DNA from: a virus
Strand: one strand, 5' to 3'
DNA length: 64,000 bases
IMG/VR virus record: IMGVR_UViG_3300033182_001261
Coordinates: 13,327 to 77,326 of that record
Shown here: piece by piece, positions 19,038-26,749 of the stretch
Layout: each line of letters begins with the position of its first letter
Numbering within the stretch: the stretch's first letter is position 1
The notes under the pieces: generated by a model
What the model was told of the DNA's origin: nothing
Seen by the model: the letters and a program-made list of their open reading frames with translations, nothing else
Database searches by the model: none
Program-made: the position numbers and the translations under genes

Positions 19038-19352
19038 ATGAAAAGACAATACAGACTCGAAGACTTCCTCATAGAGATGTCTGCCTCAGAAGCAGAACAA
19101 ATTCTTGGACTCTCTGGTAGCTACTCAGCAGCACAAGTTAAAAGTTCCTATAAAAAGATGTCTCTGAAACATCATCCTGATAAAGGTGGATCAACAGAGA
19201 TGATGAAAAAAGTCAATGCTGCATACTTCGAAAATAGATTATATAGTGATAGTGTAAGATGGAAAGAAATGGAATTCATAAAAGTTGATCCAAAAGAACT
19301 AATTCCTGAAGATTCCATAAAAACTTTCTACCTTTGGTATAAAAATAGATAG
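19038..19352 (+). CDS. J-domain (DnaJ-like) protein with capsid-targeting-like leader
   Basis: A..ILGL....S...VK..YKK.SLKHHPDKGG....M..VNAAY; leader MKRQYRLEDFLIE. Confidence 0.85.
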   Translation: MKRQYRLEDFLIEMSASEAEQILGLSGSYSAAQVKSSYKKMSLKHHPDKGGSTEMMKKVNAAYFENRLYSDSVRWKEMEFIKVDPKELIPEDSIKTFYLWYKNR

Positions 19353-19366
19353 GAGAATTTTTTATT

Positions 19367-19789
19367 ATGAAGATGAAAACTGTGATGGAGATAGGACAAA
19401 TATTTCATAAATTACCAACAATTGAAAGAAATCATACGGATTGGAATGAAGTGGTGTTTGCAGCAATCAAGCTTGATATTAAAAAATTACTTCCTAAAAC
19501 TTATAGGAAGTGGTCACTAGTCGAATGTGATGAAAATTATGGAATTTCCAGAAATCAGAATTCAATTGAAATATTATATGTTAATACTGTTCATAGTTGC
19601 GAGATGAGATTTGAAATTTCTTCAACAATGGGAAGAACCACAAAAGATGGATACGCATACTTCGAATCGCAATGGACATATGGTAATAAAGACGAAGGAA
19701 TAAGACAAAATTGGGTTATTTTTCGAGATGCTTCAGTGGCAACAATCAAAAAAGATTTAGACGCTGGTCAAAAACTAATTAAGAAGTGA
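19367..19789 (+). CDS. hypothetical protein, paralog of 21459
   Basis: KKLLPKTYRKWSL...ENYG...NSIEI aligns with KKQVPKRYKNWNL...EKFG...NAIEI. Confidence 0.65.
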   Translation: MKMKTVMEIGQIFHKLPTIERNHTDWNEVVFAAIKLDIKKLLPKTYRKWSLVECDENYGISRNQNSIEILYVNTVHSCEMRFEISSTMGRTTKDGYAYFESQWTYGNKDEGIRQNWVIFRDASVATIKKDLDAGQKLIKK

Positions 19790-20025
19790 TTTATATGAAA
19801 ACTAAAATCAGTAATGAACTCCTACAAGAGATACTCACCACAACAGAAGAAATAAGACAACTTCAGAGACAAATAAAGACGAATGCGGAAGGTCTAGCAA
19901 CCAAACTGAATAAAGAGATAAACGAATTGGAACTCATTCAAAACCCTTCCGAAACCCTTCAGAAGTATATCATGTCATCTAGAAACCTACTAAGGGAGAT
20001 ACAGAGAATCCCAAAATCTATTTAA
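19786..20025 (+). CDS. coiled-coil hypothetical protein
   Basis: In-operon ORF. Confidence 0.5.
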   Translation: MIYMKTKISNELLQEILTTTEEIRQLQRQIKTNAEGLATKLNKEINELELIQNPSETLQKYIMSSRNLLREIQRIPKSI

Positions 20026-20040
20026 TTCATAAATAAATGT

Positions 20041-20226
20041 ATGCCAGATTTTAGAGACCAAGTAAAGCATACAATCAGATCCGTCCAAAGGCAGTTAGAG
20101 TTCCTTATACTTGAAATAGAAAATGTTCCCACTCTGAAAAAGGAAACAGAAGAACTCAAAGAATTCAAAAGAAAACTGACAAAACTCCAGATTAAAGGTC
20201 TCCCCAGAACAATAATAAGAAAATAA
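20041..20226 (+). CDS. small helical hypothetical protein
   Basis: ORF after ATAAATAAAT. Confidence 0.5.
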   Translation: MPDFRDQVKHTIRSVQRQLEFLILEIENVPTLKKETEELKEFKRKLTKLQIKGLPRTIIRK

Positions 20227-20240
20227 TTTTCCAAAACCCC

Positions 20241-20294
20241 TTGACAAGACCTCCCCTTCCTGTTATAATATTAATATAAGGTAAGAAAAGGAGA
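20241..20294 (+). promoter_or_regulatory. early promoter cassette
   Basis: TTGACA-17-TATAAT, then ATTAATATAAGGTAAGAAAAGGAGA leader/RBS. Confidence 0.9.
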
Positions 20295-20299
20295 TACAA

Positions 20300-20644
20300 A
20301 TGGAAAAACCTTTAGACTTTTATGAAAGCACAGTAATGAATCTGCTTTCAATCAGTGAGGAAATACTTGACACAAAAAAGACTGATGAAGGAACAAACCT
20401 TAAAAACTTCAAAAGTCTCCTCAAAGAAGAATTCAAGTTCGACAAAATGAAACCACTCAATGATATCCTCAAAGAGTTAGAAAAAGAAAACTTAATAGTA
20501 ATAATGAGAGGAACAAGAATCAGAACCTCAAAAGATGGAATGTTTCATACTGAAGAAAGATACAGTGAAGTTTATTCAAGAGAAAGAATTGATAGGATAG
20601 CAGAATCCAAAAACACAATTATAGTAACAGGAAGAAGAAAGTGA
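20300..20644 (+). CDS. putative winged-helix protein
   Basis: LNDILKELEKENLI helix followed by a wing-like hairpin. Confidence 0.5.
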   Translation: MEKPLDFYESTVMNLLSISEEILDTKKTDEGTNLKNFKSLLKEEFKFDKMKPLNDILKELEKENLIVIMRGTRIRTSKDGMFHTEERYSEVYSRERIDRIAESKNTIIVTGRRK

Positions 20645-20859
20645 GAGACAAAAGTAGATTGGAATATAGAGTATATGACGAGGAGGATATCCTTATAGGC
20701 AAAGTCTTAAGGGATAATGATGGAATGTATCAATTCATAGTCAATGATAAAGAAAGAATATGTAAAGGTCTCCTAGTTCCAAATCTTAGGTCAGTTCGAA
20801 TAGGTATTGAATTGATGTATGGTATTAAGAAAGTCAGGATAGAGGAGTATTACGGATGA
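20641..20859 (+). CDS. hypothetical protein
   Basis: GTGA overlap. Confidence 0.5.
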   Translation: MRDKSRLEYRVYDEEDILIGKVLRDNDGMYQFIVNDKERICKGLLVPNLRSVRIGIELMYGIKKVRIEEYYG

Positions 20860-21035
20860 AAAACAATAAGAAAGGAAAAGAGAAAAAAAGAAGAGGAAGA
20901 GTTCAAGTTAACTTCAATACAGGACAAAGAGTCCATAAGTCCAAAAAAGACTATAAAAGAAACAATAAAGTGGATATCCCAAATAACAAAGAAGAATAAA
21001 TAAATAGGTATACAAACAAACAAGGATATAATATT

Positions 21036-21431
21036 ATGGAAAAGAAAACATTAATCGATTTAGCAGACTTATTGAATGAAATAAGAAACCCTCAAACAGA
21101 AATAGCAGAAGAGCATCGAGAAGAACTCGAAGAAGCTCGACAAATATCTCAAGGCGCTATAGCACCAAGTGATATAGCACCAAGTGATATGGCAAGAATC
21201 AAAACACTTGAAAAGCTTTTCACAGCATCTTTCGAAGAATTTCATGCAAGTATTCACGGTTCTATAGTGGATCTAAACTTCAAAGGACCGAAAAGTGCTG
21301 GTGGCAATTTACTCATGGCAGAAGAATGGTTATGGATCTCAAAACAAATAAAGAAGTTGAAGATTCGATGGATTCAAATCTATAGGACTAGAGTAAGTGT
21401 AGGATTAGAATCAATAAACGAATACGATTAA
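21036..21431 (+). CDS. hypothetical protein sharing its N-terminal leader with 21459
   Basis: MEKKTLIDLADLLNEIR; AATAAATA upstream; internal IAPSD x2. Confidence 0.6.
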   Translation: MEKKTLIDLADLLNEIRNPQTEIAEEHREELEEARQISQGAIAPSDIAPSDMARIKTLEKLFTASFEEFHASIHGSIVDLNFKGPKSAGGNLLMAEEWLWISKQIKKLKIRWIQIYRTRVSVGLESINEYD

Positions 21432-21458
21432 ACGAATACGACTATTAGGAAAAAGACA

Positions 21459-21884
21459 ATGGAAAAGAAAACTATCAACGATATAGCAGAAATCCTACAA
21501 GAGATAAGAACGCTCCAAGAAAACGAGAATCCAGAATTTGAAAAAGAATTCACTACACTCAAAAACAATCTAAAGAAACAAGTCCCAAAGAGATATAAGA
21601 ATTGGAATTTAGATAGTGTGAATGAAAAATTCGGAGAGAGAAAAGGAAGAAACGCAATAGAAATAGACTATTCACATAAGAGCAGTGAAGAAATAATGGT
21701 AACATTTATACTTTCAACAAAGACTGCACTCATAGGTAAATTCAGAGATGGCCATATATGGTTACATGTAGAATATATGAATGGTGAAGATGGAGAATAC
21801 TTAGCAGAGGAATGGATAAAACCAAAAGATGCTAATATAAAAACTATTCAGAAATATTTAGATATAGCAGAGAAAAAAGGGTGA
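21459..21884 (+). CDS. hypothetical protein, paralog of 19367
   Basis: MEKKTINDIAEILQEIR leader; body similar to 19367. Confidence 0.65.
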   Translation: MEKKTINDIAEILQEIRTLQENENPEFEKEFTTLKNNLKKQVPKRYKNWNLDSVNEKFGERKGRNAIEIDYSHKSSEEIMVTFILSTKTALIGKFRDGHIWLHVEYMNGEDGEYLAEEWIKPKDANIKTIQKYLDIAEKKG

Positions 21885-21913
21885 TCCTTAAGTGAGTGAT
21901 TGATGAAATCCTA

Positions 21914-21984
21914 TGCTTTGCTACTAGTCGTCCATATGAGTACTAATAATAAACAATAAAAGGACATTATAATGAAAGAAGAAC
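21914..21984 (+). repeat. 71 bp direct repeat, copy 1
   Basis: TGCTTTGCTACTAGTCGTCCATATGAGTACTAATAATAAACAATA...ATTATAATGAAAGAAGAAC. Confidence 0.9.
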
Positions 21985-22074
21985 TCGGTAAATCAACATC
22001 TAAACAAGTCCTCAACAAATACAAAAGCAAGATAGAAGGTATGGACGTAAGAGTAAGTAAACTATAAAAACCTA

Positions 22075-22126
22075 TTGACAATCATATCCTTTTATGTTAC
22101 ACTAATAATAACATAAGAGAAGGAGA
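22075..22126 (+). promoter_or_regulatory. early promoter cassette
   Basis: TTGACA-17-TACACT with AAGGAGA RBS, driving a 45 aa ORF at 22136 (MTTERVKELVEF...). Confidence 0.75.
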
Positions 22127-22276
22127 TATAACATAATGACAACAGAAAGAGTAAAAGAGTTAGTAGAGTTCTATGAAGACAAAGTTAAAAGAGAGAAAGA
22201 CGAAGAACAAAGAAAAGTTTGGCAAAGAATACTAAATGCTTGGACAGTTGAGTTATGGCAGAGAGAACATAATTAT

Positions 22277-22347
22277 TGCTTTGCTACTAGTCGTCCATAT
22301 GAGTACTAATAATAAACAATAGAAAGATATTATAATGAAAGAAGAAC
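22277..22347 (+). repeat. 71 bp direct repeat, copy 2
   Basis: Nearly identical to 21914-21984 and includes the start codon of ORF 22335. Confidence 0.9.
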
Positions 22348-22679
22348 ATGTAATACTTTTCGGAGATTATAAAACTTTACAAGAAGATGGGATAGGTAAT
22401 GGAGAATCTTCTGGTTGTGGGTATAATGGGATAGGTATAGGAAAAGGTAGGTCTATAGGTGGTAATGGTTCTATGCTACAATCCCCATTAGATGAAGGTC
22501 ACTATTATGATGTAGACTTTGATATCTTTAATCCAGAATATAAAGAAAAGTATAAGATGTCTTTAGGTTTAGGTGTAGGACTAGCTATAGGGTCAGGGTT
22601 AAGTAATCAACAATTGTTTCGTGAAAAATATGAAAGATTCATAGGTGATGGTGCCAGAAGAATAAAAGAAAACAGATAA
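22335..22679 (+). CDS. Gly-rich (GxG repeat) small protein
   Basis: GIGNGESSGCGYNGIGIGKG and GLGVGLAIGSG; resembles the 42.5-43.6 kb array. Confidence 0.6.
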   Translation: MKEEHVILFGDYKTLQEDGIGNGESSGCGYNGIGIGKGRSIGGNGSMLQSPLDEGHYYDVDFDIFNPEYKEKYKMSLGLGVGLAIGSGLSNQQLFREKYERFIGDGARRIKENR

Positions 22680-22786
22680 TGCTATTCTGAATATATGAAA
22701 TGCTTTTTTATATAGGAGGAGTCGAGTTTAGTCTGTATGTATCGCAAGGCTCGCACGCGTGCGCACGAAAAATTTTCTCTAATATG

Positions 22787-22907
22787 GCTTGACAAATGCT
22801 CCAAAGTGTGATTGGAAAAATAATTCAAAATAATGCTTGACAAATGCTCCAAAGTGTGATTCCGAATTATTTTCCGAAAGCACTTGACAAAGACCACACA
22901 TTATGAT
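22787..22907 (+). repeat. three ~48 bp tandem units, each TTGACA-N12-TRTGAT
   Basis: GCTTGACAAATGCTCCAAAGTGTGATT at 22787 and 22835; degenerate third unit with TTGACA at 22884. Confidence 0.85.
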
Positions 22908-23147
22908 ATGCCACAAGCACTCCCAAATGTCAAGAAAAAAATACGGTGAATACGCATCATTTTTCGAAAAGAGAAAAAACGACGAGTATGGGATATAGAT
23001 CCTCTCTTCGATTGACTCGCCGTAAAACGTTTCCTTTTCAGCAACAATCTGGGTCCGTATAAGGAAAGTGTCTTATGTTACACTATCATTCCCCTTCATA
23101 CTGCCTATTTCGGCAAACGTTTCTCAATATTGTTTATAAAATATCTC

Positions 23148-23372
23148 TCATACTACTCTCCTTTTCAAAAAAGACTGAATCAAAAGTTTAGCATCATCCA
23201 TAGTTGGAGTAATGAAGGTCATTTCAGAAACCTTCACCTCATACTTGTCTGCATGGATTGGTGTGATGGAAGCAACCAGTTCAAGACTATTGACATCGTG
23301 AAAAGTTTCCACCCTATTTGGGATTACACCGTGAACACCGTGAAGTTCGAAACCTTTTATAATATTTTCCAT
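23148..23372 (-). CDS. hypothetical protein
   Basis: AGGAG RBS; downstream of an early promoter. Confidence 0.6.
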   Translation of the reverse strand: MENIIKGFELHGVHGVIPNRVETFHDVNSLELVASITPIHADKYEVKVSEMTFITPTMDDAKLLIQSFLKRRVV

Positions 23373-23381
23373 CTTACTCTC

Positions 23382-23573
23382 CTACCTTACTTCTACTTTC
23401 CCACCCATATAACCTAACACATAAGTTGGAGAAGTATCCCCAATCTTTTCCTTCAATTTAAATATTCTCTGCTTAATAGCATACGACTTTCTCTCATCCC
23501 CACAGAACGTTAATAAGTACTTCTGGGACTTCTCTATCTGTTCCTTAATCTTTTGAATTTCTTTTTTATCCAT
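23382..23573 (-). CDS. small hypothetical protein (true start MDKKEI)
   Basis: ATG 23573 after AAGGAG and a promoter; the 5' extension in the ORF track runs through the promoter. Confidence 0.6.
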   Translation of the reverse strand: MDKKEIQKIKEQIEKSQKYLLTFCGDERKSYAIKQRIFKLKEKIGDTSPTYVLGYMGGKVEVR

Positions 23574-23615
23574 TTTGTTCTCCTTTAGTAACCCTTTTCT
23601 TAACCTTATATTAAT

Positions 23616-23644
23616 ATTATAACAGGAAATAGTACTTTTGTCAA
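23616..23644 (-). promoter_or_regulatory. early promoter cassette
   Basis: TTGACA-17-TATAAT, near-identical to the cassette at 36529-36557. Confidence 0.9.
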
Positions 23645-23659
23645 GGGGTTTTCGAAAAA

Positions 23660-23962
23660 AAGTCCAACTATTTCCAAAATGGAAACAGTTCGATCCAAAT
23701 ATTTCCGCGCGTAGGAAAAGGACTCCTAAACATATCCACCGCAGATATATCCTAGGAGTCCTAATAAGGTTAAAAAGGCACCATAAAAGGAGATTATGGA
23801 GTGTGTTATATAATGATGATAGGTTCTCGATCCTCTGCCATTTTCGGATAATGATCACTGTGAGTTATGTCACGTGACTTATCGAAGTATATCCGTTGGC
23901 GTATCGTACCATCATTATAAAATCTGACAATCTTATCTAAGGATCCGTCATCGTCTTAGACT
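23660..23962 (-). ncRNA. candidate structured non-coding RNA (strand uncertain)
   Basis: Run of stems: 23666-23690; AGGACTCCTA/TAGGAGTCCT 23719-23762; CCATAA/TTATGG; TATAATGATG/CATCATTATA 23809-23919 with nested stems; TCTAAG/CTTAGA. Confidence 0.4.
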
Positions 23963-23984
23963 TTTACTTCTTTTGGATCTATTC

Positions 23985-24224
23985 TCATATATCATTTTCC
24001 TTTTGAACTTCATAAAACATAGCATTGAGAAACTCAATTGCATGTTTTCCTACAACCCAAGTATCTTTATCCTCAAAGAACATATTACCAACAGTTCTCA
24101 TATCATAACCTTCTTCTGCTTCAATGAAGAAGGCAAGAGTATAACAGGTATCGCTATTCCACTTAACAAGTTCATATTTTTTGTTTATTTTATCAAAACG
24201 GAACTCTACATCACGTAGTCTCAT
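23985..24224 (-). CDS. hypothetical protein (start MRLRDV)
   Basis: ATG directly after the stop of ORF 24226. Confidence 0.55.
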   Translation of the reverse strand: MRLRDVEFRFDKINKKYELVKWNSDTCYTLAFFIEAEEGYDMRTVGNMFFEDKDTWVVGKHAIEFLNAMFYEVQKENDI

Positions 24225-24225
24225 A

Positions 24226-24549
24226 TTAGTCTCTATCCCTAAACCACATCTCACGTGGCATATCACCTGTCTGGTAACCGAGTCGATCAGTGTCATATTT
24301 ATAGTTGTATGTCTTAGGGGATACTTTTCGATTAGCTACGATCCCCTTACGAGCTCGTTCTTCTTTCTGTGCTTTACAATGAGCAGCCCATTTGTCAATT
24401 TCTTTTATAGCCTTTTCTCTATACTCAGCATTTCTTTTTTCTCGGGCTATCTTTAATTGCTTCTGCCACTCGAGATTTTCTAATCTATCTTTTTCTTTTT
24501 GTTCTGGTGTTCTTGTATCTTGTTTTCTTATTATCCATTGCATACTCAT
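24226..24549 (-). CDS. basic hypothetical protein
   Basis: AAGGAGA RBS and its own early promoter. Confidence 0.65.
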   Translation of the reverse strand: MSMQWIIRKQDTRTPEQKEKDRLENLEWQKQLKIAREKRNAEYREKAIKEIDKWAAHCKAQKEERARKGIVANRKVSPKTYNYKYDTDRLGYQTGDMPREMWFRDRD

Positions 24550-24581
24550 AATGATCTCCTTTTCTTTAACCTTATATTAAT

Positions 24582-24610
24582 AGTATAACATATATGCGAG
24601 GGGTTGTCAA
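24582..24610 (-). promoter_or_regulatory. early promoter
   Basis: TTGACA-17-TATACT plus conserved leader. Confidence 0.85.
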
Positions 24611-24634
24611 TAGGTTTTGAGAAAATAATTCGAA

Positions 24635-24754
24635 TTATTTTCTAGAGGGTACATCCAAAGGTAACCCTTTACTTATTCTTTTTTCTATATAAATTTTCCA
24701 ATTGGAAAAATTAGTATCCTTTACAACACTCTTATTTGTTTCACTCTTTTTCAT
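24635..24754 (-). CDS. 39 aa early protein
   Basis: Own promoter (TTGACT-17-TATAAT, 24786-24814) and AAGGAGA RBS. Confidence 0.5.
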   Translation of the reverse strand: MKKSETNKSVVKDTNFSNWKIYIEKRISKGLPLDVPSRK

Positions 24755-24821
24755 TTCGATCTCCTTTTCTTTATCTTATATTAATATTATACTATATTTC
24801 TCAACAAAAGTCAAGGGGTTT

Positions 24822-25070
24822 TTAGGAATAAACTACAGAAATTTCTTCCTCACCCTCCCTAGTCAATCCTAGACCATGAGGATTATCGAAAGCTCTTTCA
24901 TAAGCCATCCAAGCAAACTTTCTAAACCTAGACACATATGTTTCCTCAAAGGAATCACCCTTGAAGTATCCAACATACCAAGTGACTTTACCACAGTCGT
25001 TGACCTTCTTCATTCCGAATTCCTTCTCACCTTTAACAAAACCACTCTTGAAATTTGTTTCACTTTTCAT
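24822..25070 (-). CDS. small early protein
   Basis: Own promoter 25100-25128 and AGAGG RBS. Confidence 0.65.
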   Translation of the reverse strand: MKSETNFKSGFVKGEKEFGMKKVNDCGKVTWYVGYFKGDSFEETYVSRFRKFAWMAYERAFDNPHGLGLTREGEEEISVVYS

Positions 25071-25134
25071 AATAACCTCTTTTCTAACCTTATATTAATA
25101 GTATAACACATATATGAGACATTGTCAAGGGTTT

Positions 25135-25302
25135 TCAAGAATTATTTTGAATTGCCCTGATTAATTGTCCATATAAGTGGTCAAGTATTTTTAAGTTAAT
25201 ATCGAACTCCACCTTAGAGGAAACGGAGTTGTTCAATCTCTCACCATACTCCCGCACACGCACTCTTAATTCATCTGTTGTTAGATATTCTGGTTTTTCC
25301 AT
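25135..25302 (-). CDS. 55 aa early protein
   Basis: Own promoter 25332-25360 and AGGAG RBS; MEKPEYLTTDEL... Confidence 0.55.
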   Translation of the reverse strand: MEKPEYLTTDELRVRVREYGERLNNSVSSKVEFDINLKILDHLYGQLIRAIQNNS

Positions 25303-25378
25303 ATTCACTCCTTTTTTAATCTTATATAACTATTATAACAGGAAATAGTACTCTTGTCAAGGGGTTTTTACAAATTAA

Positions 25379-25573
25379 TTAAACTTTTTCACACTCTGTT
25401 GCTAATGTAGTACCACAAGAACAGATCCTTAATTCTAAATCGTAAGTTCTGTATTTCCCTGTCTTAAATGTGGAAAGGTACTTTGTCATCTGCTCATAGT
25501 CATTCCTTGTGGGAAACTTCCTAGAACAAGCAGTACACGCCTTATATACAACATCAACTAGTTCCTTATTCAT
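25379..25573 (-). CDS. small zinc-binding protein
   Basis: CTAC...CSCG; ATGA-coupled to a 45 aa ORF at 25570-25707. Confidence 0.6.
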   Translation of the reverse strand: MNKELVDVVYKACTACSRKFPTRNDYEQMTKYLSTFKTGKYRTYDLELRICSCGTTLATECEKV

Positions 25574-25744
25574 GATTCCATCCTTTTCAATACCATATAT
25601 TCACGCATACTCTTGTAGAACACTTCCTTTCTATTAATAATTTTCTTCGGATTAGCATAAAAAGCATCTCTCATATTCTTTTCATATAACTTAATTAAGT
25701 TTTTCATCTCTCTCCTTAAGTAACCTTTTTCTTTATCTTATATT

Positions 25745-25773
25745 ATTATAACAGGATATAGGGGTCTTGTCAA
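25745..25773 (-). promoter_or_regulatory. early promoter
   Basis: TTGACA-17-TATAAT. Confidence 0.85.
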
Positions 25774-25800
25774 GGGGTTTTGTGAAAAAAGATGAAATAT

Positions 25801-25848
25801 TTTTAATTATTTTTCCAATCATACTTTGTTGGACTTGTCAAGTGCTTT
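25801..25848 (-). repeat. inverted copy of the 22.8 kb repeat unit
   Basis: Minus strand reads AAAGCACTTGACAAGTCCAACAAAGTATGATTGGAAAAATAATTAAAA. Confidence 0.8.
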
Positions 25849-26487
25849 TAGGACTTTTTTTTGATTTTTCGTGTTTTTTGGTGTTCGTTCGCACCTGTTC
25901 ATTTTGAAACACTTCCGAACTGTTCGCAGTGTTCGCAAATGACTGTCTATCTGCTTTGGGTACTTGCTATATGGGGCTTAAGAACGTACCTGTCTTCCTC
26001 TCACTCTCAAAAACCTTTCTCCCATATACAAAATATTCTACAATGCACGCGCAGGAGAAAGGAGAAAACAGAAGTTTTATATATACATTTGGAAATGTTT
26101 TATGAGTACTGTGAAAAAATTTAAATTTTTGCAAAAAATCCTAGCATATAGGCTGCCGCATCGCACTCTGAAACATTTCGAAAATAAGACTGTCATGTGG
26201 CACCCACCCCAGTACCCCAATTTGGAAAAAATTTTAGCAAAAAATTCTCGCATGCGTGAGAGACTCTAAAACTCTCGGAACGATAAATACTAAACCCTCT
26301 CAAATAACGAAAGAGAACCGAATCTAGTGCACAAAGGAAACATAACAAAAAACAACACTAGACCCGATTCTCGGAAATGGTTTAAAGGACTTCGGGACAA
26401 AAGGGTAAGATATCAACTGGTCGGAGATAAGAGAGGAGATAAACCAGTATAATAAGAGATAGAAGAGAGTTCCCGAAGCCCAGTATA

Positions 26488-26661
26488 TCAAAATATTTCT
26501 AACATTCTCTTTTTTATCTCCATAGAACGAGTCAACTCGTCTAATCTTTCCTCTGTCATAACGTCTGCGGAACATTCTAGAGGGGTTTCTACAATCTCAA
26601 CACCAAGAACCTTTTCCATATATTCATCATCTACTACGTGTTCAAAAAATCTATCATTCAT
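26488..26661 (-). CDS. 57 aa acidic early protein
   Basis: Promoter 26684-26712 and GGTGGAG RBS; MNDRFFEHVVDD... Confidence 0.55.
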   Translation of the reverse strand: MNDRFFEHVVDDEYMEKVLGVEIVETPLECSADVMTEERLDELTRSMEIKKRMLEIF

Positions 26662-26749
26662 TTCTCCACCTTTCTATAATATTATTATACTATATTCTGG
26701 AACTTTTGTCAACAGGTTTTGTGAATTTATTTCTTTCTTTCGTAGGATT

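Noticed and set aside
22682-22897. 71 aa minus-strand ORF with repeated NHTLEHLSS
   Set aside because: Translation of the DNA repeat; no RBS
22787-22907. Mini CRISPR array (27 bp repeats with ~21 bp spacers)
   Set aside because: Only two exact copies; spacers are short, AT-only and partly inverted copies of each other; the repeat is promoter-like; no cas operon (the Cas4-like exonuclease is a standard T4-like gene)
23574-23877. ORFs 23382-23858 (5' part) and 23638-23877
   Set aside because: They run through a promoter cassette and a hairpin-rich tract and lack an RBS
25861-26575. ORFs 25861-26124 and 26324-26575
   Set aside because: Atypical composition and no RBS; the latter overlaps the better supported 26488-26661 ORF
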